Positions 41,699-51,066 are shown, counted from the first letter of the stretch. The stretch is 64,000 nt of DNA from an uncultured bacterium (GCA_963846325.1 CAWJVO010000006.1:34514-98513); one strand, 5' to 3'. The notes: generated from the sequence alone by a model not told the origin. A program made the numbers and translations.

Positions 41699-42748
41699 TC
41701 ATGATGGATTCGTGAGATCAAGCTCCCCATAGCTCAGAATCGTGTTCTTTCCGCGCGATTTCGCGAGGTACAGCGCGGCGTCGGCCCGCTCGATGAGCGT
41801 TTCGACGGTGCGGGCGTCGTCCGGAAACACGGCGACTCCCATGCTGCACGTGAGAAGCTCCGGCGTCACCCCGTCGAATTTGAAGCGGCGTATCGCCTTC
41901 AGCATGCGCTCGCCGAGGCGCATCGCCCCTTCGAGCCCCGTATGCGGCAGGAGGAGCGCGAACTCGTCGCCTCCGTATTTCGCGACGAGATCTATCTCGC
42001 GGCAATTCTGGGTGATCACCTGGGCGATGTCCCGAAGCGCCCTCGATCCGGAAAGATGGCCGTTGCGATCGTTGTATTCCTTGAGATTGTCGACGTCGAT
42101 CATGATGAACGCACAGGGGTACGAGAACCTGCTCGCCCGCTTCATCTCGATCTTTATCGACCGGATAAGGAACCGGTAGTTGTATATTCCCGTGAGCCCG
42201 TCCGTGATCGATTCGACTTCCAGCTTCTTGTAGAGGATATAGTTTTCGAAGGCGATCGCCGCCTGGTTCGCCATGACCGTCAGAAGGTGGATATCCTCCT
42301 CGGTGAATCGCCGGCGTTCCTGGTCGTTGATGGCGATGATGACCCCGAAGAGCGAGTTCTTCGCGATGAGCGGCGCCGAAACGACGGTGCTGCAGGTATC
42401 TTCCTCATGCAGGAATTCCGAAGCGAGCATCGAGAGATCGAGCGACAGCACTCCCTCGGAGCTCTTCGCGGATTCGTATTCCCGCTGCAGCCAGTTCACG
42501 ATGCCGGCGGAAGCGGGTATGTCCTCGACGGCGATTCGCTTGCTCTTGTCGCGCATCGTGCCCGTATACTTGACGATCCGGCGGTTGTCGAGGAAGATCA
42601 GGTAGACTCTCTTGGACGGAAGAATGCTCAGCGCGTTTTCTATGATTTTCTGCAGAATGATACGATTGTCCTTGCCGGAGCTCATGAGACTCGTGATCTC
42701 GGCGAAGGTCTCGAAGAGGATGTCTTTTTCGTCGCAGGTTCGAACCAT
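41699..42748 (-). CDS. GAF-GGDEF diguanylate cyclase
   Basis: N-terminal GAF domain. Intact active site AKYGGDEFALLLP with upstream MIDVDNLKEYND. Confidence 0.9.
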   Translation of the reverse strand: MVRTCDEKDILFETFAEITSLMSSGKDNRIILQKIIENALSILPSKRVYLIFLDNRRIVKYTGTMRDKSKRIAVEDIPASAGIVNWLQREYESAKSSEGVLSLDLSMLASEFLHEEDTCSTVVSAPLIAKNSLFGVIIAINDQERRRFTEEDIHLLTVMANQAAIAFENYILYKKLEVESITDGLTGIYNYRFLIRSIKIEMKRASRFSYPCAFIMIDVDNLKEYNDRNGHLSGSRALRDIAQVITQNCREIDLVAKYGGDEFALLLPHTGLEGAMRLGERMLKAIRRFKFDGVTPELLTCSMGVAVFPDDARTVETLIERADAALYLAKSRGKNTILSYGELDLTNPS

Positions 42749-42783
42749 GGTTTTCCGGTTTCGTTCGGGACGATTTCGGGATA

Positions 42784-42799
42784 CGCAAAAGGTATGCCA
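42784..42799 (-). promoter_or_regulatory. near-consensus sigma54 -24/-12 promoter
   Basis: Minus-strand TGGCAT-ACCTT-TTGCG against the consensus TGGCAC-N5-TTGCW. It lies 36-51 nt upstream of the GGDEF ATG, in a 100-nt intergenic spacer. Confidence 0.5.
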
Positions 42800-42849
42800 C
42801 TAAACGAGATAGGCGCAAACGAAGTCCGGAAACGAGCGGAATCGGGGGA

Positions 42850-43185
42850 TCACGCGCCTCGGCTCTTCCGGCGCGCTTCGTCCATCTCCCTGTTGTACCG
42901 GAGTATCTCCTTGATATTTTTATAGATATGATACCCTATCAGAAGGGCGATCGCCGCGATGGCTCCCGGCAGAGCCGCCCGCCAGGCGTCGGATACGTTC
43001 CTGAAGCTCGTGCGCATGACCCGCACGGCGGAACCGAAAAGCATCCAGAGAAAAACGAAAAGCAGAATTTTCACCGCCAGAGTGGTGAATAACGAGTAAT
43101 AGTACTCCCTGGATCGCGCGATTCTCTGCCCTTCCGCCGAGCGGAATCTCCTGCGCCCCAGGGGCTTTCTGAAATCGAACGGCAT
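42850..43185 (-). CDS. small 2-TM membrane protein (111 aa), hypothetical
   Basis: Only the C-terminal 111 codons of the 528-aa track ORF look real. ATG 43185 is preceded by GAGGTG, which overlaps the M28 stop. Two hydrophobic helices (LAVKILLFVFLWMLFGSAV; ALPGAIAAIALLIGY). Confidence 0.5.
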   Translation of the reverse strand: MPFDFRKPLGRRRFRSAEGQRIARSREYYYSLFTTLAVKILLFVFLWMLFGSAVRVMRTSFRNVSDAWRAALPGAIAAIALLIGYHIYKNIKEILRYNREMDEARRKSRGA

Positions 43186-43196
43186 CGCGAAACACC

Positions 43197-44930
43197 TCAC
43201 TCCTGAACCGCGAAGCGCCCCGGAAAGCTCATGCGCTCGACTCCGCCGTCGTAGACGACGAGACGGTAGAAATACACGCCGGACGCGAGGCGATCGACTC
43301 GCGGAAAAAGAGCGCTCATAGCGAGACAATTCATTCCGGCGCCGAGCGGCAATCCCCATCGCGAGCCCGCGTACGCCGTTCCGACGAGCTCCCCCTCGAG
43401 GTTGTGCAGGGAAAGAGCGATATCGACGCCGCGCGAGAGATTCAGGCAGAAGGACGCCGACCGAAGCCCCGACGCCACCGGATTCGGCTGGACCGAGTGC
43501 ATGAGAACGACCTCGTCTTCCCCCTCCACCGCGATCCAGGCCTCGGCGGAGTTGTTGCCCGAATTGTCGCTCATGCCGCGCACGGATATGGATACGGCGA
43601 TCCTGCCGGCGCCGAGGAAGCTCCTGTCGAGCACCACTTCCGCCTCCGCCGTATCGGCGTCGAGAGCGGCCGGTATCGAATGGACTTCGGAAAAGAGCGT
43701 TCGCGAGAACGATGCGTTCTCGACGGAAATCGTGAACCGCATGCTGCTTCCCGCGGGCGCGTCCGCGCTTCCCCTGTTTCTCGCGATCGCGCGCACGGTC
43801 ATCGTGTCGCCGACCGCGAAAACCCGGTTCGTGACGGGATAGCCGCGCCTGAGCAGCGCGACGTCCGAGGGGAACAGAGCGGCCTCGGCGCCGGCTCCGG
43901 CGATTCGGTCGATAAAATCCACGACGACATTCGTCACACGTTCGACCTGCTCGAAATCCACGTTGCCGATCGTATCCGCGAGCGTATGGTAGTACGGAGA
44001 ACCGATCAGCAGGTTCTCCCTGAGGGGCTCGATGAACATCACGGCGGGGATCGAGGCCTCCCAGAACGGGGCGTGATCCGAGTTCGACGGACCCGGGCTC
44101 ACGACGGCCAGAGGAAAAGACGGATCGCTCGCGAGCGCCGCCTCCGCGATCATGCCGGAAAGCCAGTCCGAAGCGGGATTCGAAACGACGGCCCCCGCCG
44201 GATATCCGTTCAAAGGATAACCGATCATATCGCAGTTCAGCACCCCGACGATCCTCCCCGCGTCGATTGCGGGCAGCGCGTCGACGAAGGCCCTGCTTCC
44301 GAGGAGTCCCAGCTCCTCGCCTGAAAAGAGAACGAACATGAGATCGAATGGAAGATCCCGCTCCGAAAGGACGCGCGCGGCTTCCATGAGGGCCGCGACC
44401 CCCGTCGCGTTGTCGTCGGCCCCCGGCGCGGACCACGTCCGCCAGTTCTCTCCCCAGCCCGGTGTCCGGGCCCCGATCGCGTCGTAGTGCGCCGTCACGA
44501 GAAAGACTCCCGAAACGGTGCCGTCGCCGCGGACGCGCGCCGCGATATTTTCGGCCGAGTACGTGCTGTCTACCGGCCCGTAGTTCCGAAACAGCGCCGA
44601 GGAGGTCGAGTCGATGGAGAACGGGAATCTTTCGACGACGGCGCCCGTATACCTCGCGAGGCGCGCTTCGAGGGAATCCGCCACGAGACGCAGCGGCGCC
44701 TCTCTCAGCACGAATCGGGTCCGCGGTTCGCCTGTCGCGGGATCGATCGAGAGGAACCGGACCATCGACGCGAGCGAATCGGGATCCACGGCCGCCCGAG
44801 CGGACGCCCGTGATGCGCCGCGCGCCGATTCCGAAACATCCCGGGCGCGCAGGGAAACCGCGTTACCCGCATCGGATATCGAACCGACCGCGAGCGCGGA
44901 GACGAGCAGCACAAGACCGGGTGCTTTCAC
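43197..44930 (-). CDS. secreted M28-family metallopeptidase with C-terminal beta-sandwich (FlgD/T9SS-sorting-like) domain
   Basis: GTG start and signal peptide MKAPGLVLLVSALAVG. M28 motifs GADDNATGVAALMEAAR and FSGEELGLLGS. The C-terminus ...SGVYFYRLVVYDGG... resembles Por/FlgD-type C-terminal domains. Confidence 0.82.
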   Translation of the reverse strand: MKAPGLVLLVSALAVGSISDAGNAVSLRARDVSESARGASRASARAAVDPDSLASMVRFLSIDPATGEPRTRFVLREAPLRLVADSLEARLARYTGAVVERFPFSIDSTSSALFRNYGPVDSTYSAENIAARVRGDGTVSGVFLVTAHYDAIGARTPGWGENWRTWSAPGADDNATGVAALMEAARVLSERDLPFDLMFVLFSGEELGLLGSRAFVDALPAIDAGRIVGVLNCDMIGYPLNGYPAGAVVSNPASDWLSGMIAEAALASDPSFPLAVVSPGPSNSDHAPFWEASIPAVMFIEPLRENLLIGSPYYHTLADTIGNVDFEQVERVTNVVVDFIDRIAGAGAEAALFPSDVALLRRGYPVTNRVFAVGDTMTVRAIARNRGSADAPAGSSMRFTISVENASFSRTLFSEVHSIPAALDADTAEAEVVLDRSFLGAGRIAVSISVRGMSDNSGNNSAEAWIAVEGEDEVVLMHSVQPNPVASGLRSASFCLNLSRGVDIALSLHNLEGELVGTAYAGSRWGLPLGAGMNCLAMSALFPRVDRLASGVYFYRLVVYDGGVERMSFPGRFAVQE

Positions 44931-44967
44931 GAAAGCCCTTCCCGCGGAGGGTTCGGTGCGGAAAAAA

Positions 44968-45044
44968 TGGCGCGCCCGAGAGGATTCGAACCTCCGACAC
45001 CCAGCTCCGGAGGCTGGTGCTCTATCCAGCTGAGCTACGGGCGC
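44968..45044 (-). tRNA. tRNA-Arg (anticodon CCG)
   Basis: The reverse complement folds as a cloverleaf: acceptor GCGCCCG/CGGGCGC, anticodon stem CCAGC/GCTGG with loop CTCCGGA, T-loop TTCGAAT, encoded CCA. Confidence 0.9.
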
Positions 45045-46732
45045 TCCTGACCGTTATCGAGAAGCTCCTCCGCCAGTTCCTCGCGGAGCTTACCCTTGCC
45101 GCCGAGCATTCGCGCGATCTCGGCGACGCGATCGCGTCCCTCGAGGATCCGCGCCGAAGCGATCGTCCGCTCTCCTTTCACCTGCTTCTCGACCCGGATA
45201 TGGTGAACGGCCCGAGCGGCCACCTGCGGCAGGTGGGTGATGCAAATGATCTGATATCTGCCCGAGAGCTCCACGAGCCGCTCGGCGACGACACCGCCGA
45301 GATCAGCCCCGAGCCCCGTGTCTATCTCGTCGAAAATGAGAGTCGGGATTCGCTTCTCCTCGACCTCGAGCTTCTTCAGAACGAGGGTGATTCTCGAAAG
45401 CTCGCCGCCCGAAACGATTTCCGACAGCGGATGAATCTCCTCGCCGACGTTCGTGCGGATCGCGAACTCGACGCGATCCCAACCCCTCGGCGATAAATGT
45501 ATTTCATGATCCGTGTCTTGGAAAGCCTTATTTTCGAAACGCTCCACTTTGGTCCGGAAGAGCGCCCCTTTCATCCCGAGCTTCTGGAGCTCCCCGGTCA
45601 CGTGCCTGTCGAGGCGCTCGGCGTTTTTCTCCCGCCTGCGGCTCAGCTCCTGGAGCAGCGGGACGAGAAGGCGCCTTGCGTTCTCTCGCTCCCGCGTCGC
45701 GTCGGAGATCGCCGTCGAGCCCTCGGCGAGCGATGCGAGAATCCCCTTGATTTCGTCGCGTTTCGAGACGAGCGCGGCGCAATCGAGCCCGTGTTTCCTG
45801 CACGCGCGCTGAATTCCGGCGAGGCGCTGCTGAAGACTCTCTATATCCTCGCTCGCGTCCTCCGCGTCGGTGAGCGAGCGGCCGATCGCGCGCGCGATTT
45901 CCTGCGTCGATATCCGCGCGGCCCTGAGCGTTTCGGCGCAGCTCCCCCATGACGCGTCGATAGCTGCTATCGATTCGAGCGATTTCGCGGCCCGGTTGAG
46001 CCTGTCGGCGGCAGAGCCCTCATCCCCCTCGAGAGAGCCGAGCGCATCCTCGAGCGCGGAAATATATTTCTGCCTGTTCTCGAGCCGCTTGATCTTCGAT
46101 TCGAGCCGGCGATCGATGTCGCGCTCGATGGCGAGCTCCTCGAGCTCCGCGAGCTGAAACCGGAGAAAATCCTCCCGCCCGCGGTGCTCCTCCTCTTCCG
46201 CGACGAGACGCGCGACACGTTCCGATGCCTCCATGAAACCGGCGATCGCCGCCATCGAACGATCGAGCAGCTCGCCGTACTCTCCCCACGCGTCGAGATA
46301 CAGAATATGGCTCGCCGGATCGAGGAATTCCTGCTGCCGATGCTGCCCGTGGAGCTCGATGAGGGCGCGCGCCGTCTCCTGCGACGACGCCACGGTCGAG
46401 AGCATTCCGTTGATCCACATCCGGTTCCGGCCGTCGGCCGCGAGCTCCCGCCGCAGGGAGAGCTCCGTCTCCCCCTTCGACATGCCGAGCCGCTCGCGCA
46501 GCGACCAGCCGTCCTCGATCGAAAAAATCCCTTCGACCGTAAGATTTGCCGCGCCCTTCCTGATGAGCGTTTTTTTCGCGCGCGCGCCGGAAAGCAGATC
46601 GACCGCCGCGAGGATGATGGATTTCCCCGCGCCGGTCGATCCCGTCATGACGTTGAGGCCCCCGGCGAAATGTATCGTAGCGTCCTCGACGATCGCCAGA
46701 TTCCGAATCCGGATCTCCCTGAGCATCCCCAA
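45035..46732 (-). CDS. recN: DNA repair protein RecN
   Basis: SMC-like. Walker A GSTGAGKSI, long coiled coil, signature/Walker B FDEIDTGLG. The stop codon lies inside the first 10 nt of tRNA-Arg. Confidence 0.95.
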   Translation of the reverse strand: MGMLREIRIRNLAIVEDATIHFAGGLNVMTGSTGAGKSIILAAVDLLSGARAKKTLIRKGAANLTVEGIFSIEDGWSLRERLGMSKGETELSLRRELAADGRNRMWINGMLSTVASSQETARALIELHGQHRQQEFLDPASHILYLDAWGEYGELLDRSMAAIAGFMEASERVARLVAEEEEHRGREDFLRFQLAELEELAIERDIDRRLESKIKRLENRQKYISALEDALGSLEGDEGSAADRLNRAAKSLESIAAIDASWGSCAETLRAARISTQEIARAIGRSLTDAEDASEDIESLQQRLAGIQRACRKHGLDCAALVSKRDEIKGILASLAEGSTAISDATRERENARRLLVPLLQELSRRREKNAERLDRHVTGELQKLGMKGALFRTKVERFENKAFQDTDHEIHLSPRGWDRVEFAIRTNVGEEIHPLSEIVSGGELSRITLVLKKLEVEEKRIPTLIFDEIDTGLGADLGGVVAERLVELSGRYQIICITHLPQVAARAVHHIRVEKQVKGERTIASARILEGRDRVAEIARMLGGKGKLREELAEELLDNGQERP

Positions 46733-46742
46733 CCTCCCCCGG

Positions 46743-47606
46743 TCAATGATCCTGACGAAGCACCCCGCCCCACTTCAGTTTTCGCCGAACGATATCGTAG
46801 AAGCTGTATCCGTCGGTGACGATGAGCTTCGTCCCGACGGCATGCCTGCTGAACGCAAGGGTATCTCCCATCCCCACGACGCACGATTGCTGACCGTCGA
46901 TCGTGAGAAGCGTCTCCTGCGCCTCTTCGACGATCGCGACGGAAAGCGTCTCGCGGGCGCTCATGACGATCGGTCTCGCGGAAAGGGAGTGCGGACAGAG
47001 TGGCGTGACGACGAACGCCTCGACGCTCGTCGGGTTCACGATGGGCCCCCCCGCCGCGAGCGAATAGGCGGTCGATCCGGTCGGTGTCGCGACGATGACG
47101 CCGTCGGCCAGATACTCGCCGAGCATGGCTCCGTCGATCGTCGTCTCGAGATGGAGGACGCGCGATACGCCTGCGCCGTGCACGACCGCGTCGTTGAGCG
47201 CCGAGAATCTTCGAGGCGCCCGCCCGTTTCCCTCGCACACGACGGAAAGCCGCAGTCGATCCTGAATCGCGAAACGCCCCGCGAAAAGATCTCCGATCGC
47301 GCGCCGGGGATCGTCCTCCGCGAGGAACCCCAGGCTTCGAATCTTGATGCCGAGGAGCGGTATCCCCTCTTCGGCCACGATGCGGGCAGCCATGAGAAGC
47401 GTGCCGTCTCCTCCGAGGGCGAGCACCGCGTCGCATCCGGTCAGGGTGTCGACGCGCCTCACCGCGCCCGCCGGCGCGAGATCGGCCGACTCCTCCAAAG
47501 CGCGCACGTCGACGCTCTTCGGAACGAGTCCGAGCACCTCCCGCACGACGTCCCGGATCTCCTTCTTCCTCGCGTTCGCCACAAGCCCCAGTCTCGAAAT
47601 CTTCAT
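46743..47606 (-). CDS. nadK: NAD kinase
   Basis: GGDGTLL motif (LALGGDGTLLMAAR) and conserved NadK C-terminal half. Confidence 0.93.
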   Translation of the reverse strand: MKISRLGLVANARKKEIRDVVREVLGLVPKSVDVRALEESADLAPAGAVRRVDTLTGCDAVLALGGDGTLLMAARIVAEEGIPLLGIKIRSLGFLAEDDPRRAIGDLFAGRFAIQDRLRLSVVCEGNGRAPRRFSALNDAVVHGAGVSRVLHLETTIDGAMLGEYLADGVIVATPTGSTAYSLAAGGPIVNPTSVEAFVVTPLCPHSLSARPIVMSARETLSVAIVEEAQETLLTIDGQQSCVVGMGDTLAFSRHAVGTKLIVTDGYSFYDIVRRKLKWGGVLRQDH

Positions 47607-49516
47607 CGGCTTCCTCCCTGATCCGCTCCCGAGCGCGAACCGGCGTATCGGGCGACCTCCGCCGCCACGGCTCTCGCGGACAGGCCGATCTCCTCGAGAA
47701 GGTCGTCCCGCTTCCCGTGCGGCACGAAACGATCCGGCAATCCGATCTTCAAGACGCGCGTCCCCGGCGAGCGATCCGCGTAGAACTCGAGGATCGCGTC
47801 TCCGAATCCGCCTGAGCGGGAATTCTCCTCGAGCGCCGCGACGATCCCCGAACCTTCTTCCGCGAGCGACATCAGGAGATCGGAATCGAGCGGCTTGACG
47901 AACTTCGCGTCGATCACCGACGCCGCGATCCCCGCCTGCGAGAGGATCTCGGCCGCCGCAAGCGCCGTCGCAACCATCGATCCCACCGCGACGATCGCCG
48001 CGTCACCTCCCCGCCGCAGCGCCTCTCCCTTTCCGATCGGCACCGCGGTCCGCTCCGGAGAGACCGGCGCGGACGCCGCCGCCCCGCGGGGAAAACGGAC
48101 CGCGATCGGACCGGCGTCGTAATCGAGCGCGGTGAGCATCATGCGCCGGAGCTCCTCGCCGTCGCGCGGCGCCATGACGACCATTCCCGGAACGAGCCGC
48201 AGATAGCTCAGATCGAAGGCGCCGTGGTGCGTCGGCCCGTCCTCTCCCACGATGCCCGCGCGATCGAGAATGAAGCGTACGCCGAGGCGCTGCAGCGCCA
48301 CGTCGTGGATGATCTGATCGAAGCCGCGCTGGAGAAACGTGGAATAGACGGCGACGAAAGGCTTGAGGCCGGATCGCGCGAGCCCCGCCGCGAAGGTCAC
48401 GGCGTGCTGTTCCGCGATTCCGACGTCGAAGAACCGCCCGGGAAACGCGCGCGCGAACGGCGCGAGGCCCGTTCCCTCCGTCATCGCCGCGGTGATCGCG
48501 ACGACTTTCGGATCCCGCGCGGCGAGCGCGACGAGCGATTCGCCGAATATTTCGCTGTACGTCGGGCGAGTCCCGTTGCTCTTCGAGTTCCCCGTCGCTT
48601 TATAGAAACTCCCGATACCGTGGAACTTCTCCGCGTTTTCCTCGGCGAAACAATACCCCTTTCCCTTCCTCGTCAGGACGTGAACGAGAACGGGACCGGG
48701 AACGTCGCGGATCTGAGTGAAGGCAGAAACGAGCTGCGCGAGATCGTGCCCGTCGAACGGGCCGAAGTAGCGAAACCCGAGCTCCTCGAAGAGAATCGTG
48801 GGAACAATGAGGTTCTTGATGCTCTCCTTCATGCGGCGGGCGACCTTGCGCGCCTTGAGCCCGTACCGCGGCACTTTTCCGAGGAGCTCCCACACGTCCG
48901 CCTCGAGCTGAAGGTACACCTTCTTCGTCGTGATTCTCGTCAGATACCGGGCGAGGGCGCCCACGTTCTTCGAGATCGACATCTCGTTGTCGTTAAGCAC
49001 GATGATGAATCGATTCTTCTTGAGGTGTCCCGCCTGGTTGATCCCTTCGAACGACAGTCCCCCCGATATCGCCCCGTCGCCGACGACCGAGATGACGTAC
49101 CGATCGTCCCCGAGGAGATCGCGCGCCACCGCGATCCCCAGCGCCGCGGATATGGACGTGCTCGCGTGTCCGACGCCGAACGCGTCGTGCTCGCTCTCGG
49201 CGGTATTCGGAAATCCGCTGATCCCGCCTCGAGCCCGAAGGCTCCGAAAAGCCTCCTTCCGGCCGGTCAGGATCTTGTGAGCGTAGCTCTGATGACCCAC
49301 GTCCCATAGAATTCTGTCCCGAGGCGAATCGAAAACGTAATGGAGAGCGAGGGCGATCTCGACGGCCCCGAGGCTCGACGCCAGGTGTCCGCCCTGCACG
49401 GATACTACCTCGATGATGTACTGCCGCAGCTCCTCGCTCAACGCGCCGAGCTCGTCGAGCGTGAGCCCCTTGAGATCCCCGGGAGTCCGTATCCGATCGA
49501 GAAGAGCCATAATCAT
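47603..49516 (-). CDS. dxs: 1-deoxy-D-xylulose-5-phosphate synthase
   Basis: N-terminus LDRIRTPGDLK. ThDP motif GHASTSISAALG...GDGA. 637 aa. Confidence 0.97.
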   Translation of the reverse strand: MIMALLDRIRTPGDLKGLTLDELGALSEELRQYIIEVVSVQGGHLASSLGAVEIALALHYVFDSPRDRILWDVGHQSYAHKILTGRKEAFRSLRARGGISGFPNTAESEHDAFGVGHASTSISAALGIAVARDLLGDDRYVISVVGDGAISGGLSFEGINQAGHLKKNRFIIVLNDNEMSISKNVGALARYLTRITTKKVYLQLEADVWELLGKVPRYGLKARKVARRMKESIKNLIVPTILFEELGFRYFGPFDGHDLAQLVSAFTQIRDVPGPVLVHVLTRKGKGYCFAEENAEKFHGIGSFYKATGNSKSNGTRPTYSEIFGESLVALAARDPKVVAITAAMTEGTGLAPFARAFPGRFFDVGIAEQHAVTFAAGLARSGLKPFVAVYSTFLQRGFDQIIHDVALQRLGVRFILDRAGIVGEDGPTHHGAFDLSYLRLVPGMVVMAPRDGEELRRMMLTALDYDAGPIAVRFPRGAAASAPVSPERTAVPIGKGEALRRGGDAAIVAVGSMVATALAAAEILSQAGIAASVIDAKFVKPLDSDLLMSLAEEGSGIVAALEENSRSGGFGDAILEFYADRSPGTRVLKIGLPDRFVPHGKRDDLLEEIGLSARAVAAEVARYAGSRSGADQGGSR

Positions 49517-49525
49517 CGCCCGTTC

Positions 49526-49963
49526 CTAGAGAAGACCGTAGGCGCCGACGATCCCGAGCACCGTTCCCGCACAAACGTCGAGAGGCCTGAAACGGAGCGT
49601 CCGCAGCTCCCTGTCCTCCGTGATATCCTGATAGCTTTCGTTGCTCGAGATGATCCTGTTGAGAACGCTCGTTTGTTTCACCCGTTCGCCCTTGAGCCGC
49701 ATCGTGTCGTGAATGATGATGGCGCCGTACGCGGCGACGACGGAAAAGAGGATCGACGAAAAACCGTACTTGATCCCGACGCTCGTCGAAAGGGAGCTGA
49801 AGACGGCCGAATGCAGATTCGGCATCCCGTCCGCCTGCGTTACGGCTTCGAACCTGAACTTTTTCGCCGCGACGGAGTGCACGATCAGCTTGATGCATTG
49901 CACCAGCAGACCGCACATCACGGGGATGAGGAATATCTCTCTGTATAGCATTTCTTTGAACAT
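49526..49963 (-). CDS. divergent PAP2-family membrane protein (DUF212-like)
   Basis: MPNLHSAVFSSL...HDTMRLKGE pattern and 4 TM helices, typical of the acid phosphatase/vanadium-peroxidase-related family. Confidence 0.72.
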   Translation of the reverse strand: MFKEMLYREIFLIPVMCGLLVQCIKLIVHSVAAKKFRFEAVTQADGMPNLHSAVFSSLSTSVGIKYGFSSILFSVVAAYGAIIIHDTMRLKGERVKQTSVLNRIISSNESYQDITEDRELRTLRFRPLDVCAGTVLGIVGAYGLL

Positions 49964-49964
49964 A

Positions 49965-50852
49965 TCAGGATGAGCGCTCGACGATACGTGAAAATATATG
50001 CCGCAGGTAACCGTCGTCGCCGAGAACTTCCATCGCTCGCGCTCCGTCGGCGATCAACCTTCCTGCGGTTTCGCGGGACGCGTGCATGCCGAAGCGCGCC
50101 GGATACGTGATCTTCTTCCTTTTCTCATCCTTTCGCAAGGCTTTTCCCGCCTTCTCCGCGCTTCCCTCGAGATCGAGGATGTCGTCGATTATCTGGAACG
50201 CGAATCCGGCGGAGCGGCCGATCTCGTGCATTTCCGATATTTTTGCTTTTTCCGCGCCCGCGAGCGCGGCCCCGATCGAGAGGGAAGCGGCGATGAGCTC
50301 CGCCGTTTTTCGGGAATGAATGAAGCGCACGCGCTCATCCGTCGGTTCTTCCCCTTCCCCTTCAAGATCGGCGACCTGGCCCCCGACGAGCCAGCGGGAT
50401 CCCGCCGCGCGGGAGAGAATGCGGACAGATTCCAGAACCTGTTCGGCGGGGGCGTCGCATCCCCCGAGCATCTCGAACGCGAGCGTCAGGAGGGCGTCTC
50501 CCGCGAGTAGGGCGACCGCTTCGCCGTACGCCGCGTGACACGAGGGTTTTCCCCTGCGCACATCGTCGTCGTCGAGAGCCGGAAGATCGTCGTGAATGAG
50601 CGTGTACGCGTGCAGGCATTCGATCGCGCATCCGGCCCGCACCGCCGCCTCGCGTCGCGGATCGCCGCAGAGCCGATGGCCGGCGAGGCAGAGGATCGCG
50701 CGGAGACGCTTTCCCCCCCCGATCGTCGCGTACCGCATCGCGCCGTGAAGCGACACGGGCTCTTCCTCGGCCCCCGGCAGCAGCCGGGCGAGCATATCCT
50801 CGACCGCGCGGCGGTCGCTCGCGACGCGCGCTTCGAAACCGGCTCGCGCCAC
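49965..50852 (-). CDS. ispA: (2E,6E)-farnesyl diphosphate synthase / polyprenyl synthetase
   Basis: First Asp-rich motif IHDDLPALDDDDVRRGK and second IIDDILD. Conserved xseB-ispA-dxs order. Confidence 0.92.
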   Translation of the reverse strand: MARAGFEARVASDRRAVEDMLARLLPGAEEEPVSLHGAMRYATIGGGKRLRAILCLAGHRLCGDPRREAAVRAGCAIECLHAYTLIHDDLPALDDDDVRRGKPSCHAAYGEAVALLAGDALLTLAFEMLGGCDAPAEQVLESVRILSRAAGSRWLVGGQVADLEGEGEEPTDERVRFIHSRKTAELIAASLSIGAALAGAEKAKISEMHEIGRSAGFAFQIIDDILDLEGSAEKAGKALRKDEKRKKITYPARFGMHASRETAGRLIADGARAMEVLGDDGYLRHIFSRIVERSS

Positions 50853-50853
50853 G

Positions 50854-51066
50854 CTATTCCTCCCCCTCCGCGCCGGCGATTTCCTCGGTGAGCCGCTTCA
50901 TCCGCTGCTCCGCCTCGCGGACGATGCCTTTGCAGAGCGTTCCGAGCCTCATGCCTTCTTCGTAGAGCTTCATGCTCTCCTCGAGGGGAACGTCCCCGTC
51001 CTCGAGCCGCTTCACGATCTCGTTGAGCCGGCCCAACGCGTCTTCGAAGCTCATCTTTTTCGCCAT
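50854..51066 (-). CDS. xseB: exodeoxyribonuclease VII small subunit
   Basis: 70 aa, MAKKMSFEDALGRLNEIVKRLEDGDVPLEESMKLYEEG, a typical XseB. It is the C-terminal part of a longer spurious track ORF. Confidence 0.9.
   Translation of the reverse strand: MAKKMSFEDALGRLNEIVKRLEDGDVPLEESMKLYEEGMRLGTLCKGIVREAEQRMKRLTEEIAGAEGEE

Noticed and set aside
36073-42748. Complete PEP-CTERM/exosortase system
   Set aside because: No exosortase, no PEP-CTERM-tailed protein and no PrsK-type polytopic kinase are present in the window. Only the resemblance in gene content is reported as a finding.
42850-44436. 528-aa ORF overlapping the M28 peptidase in another frame
   Set aside because: The first ~417 codons are RGR-rich and overlap the well-supported peptidase. 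Only the last 111 codons (42850-43185), with their own RBS and TM helices, are kept.
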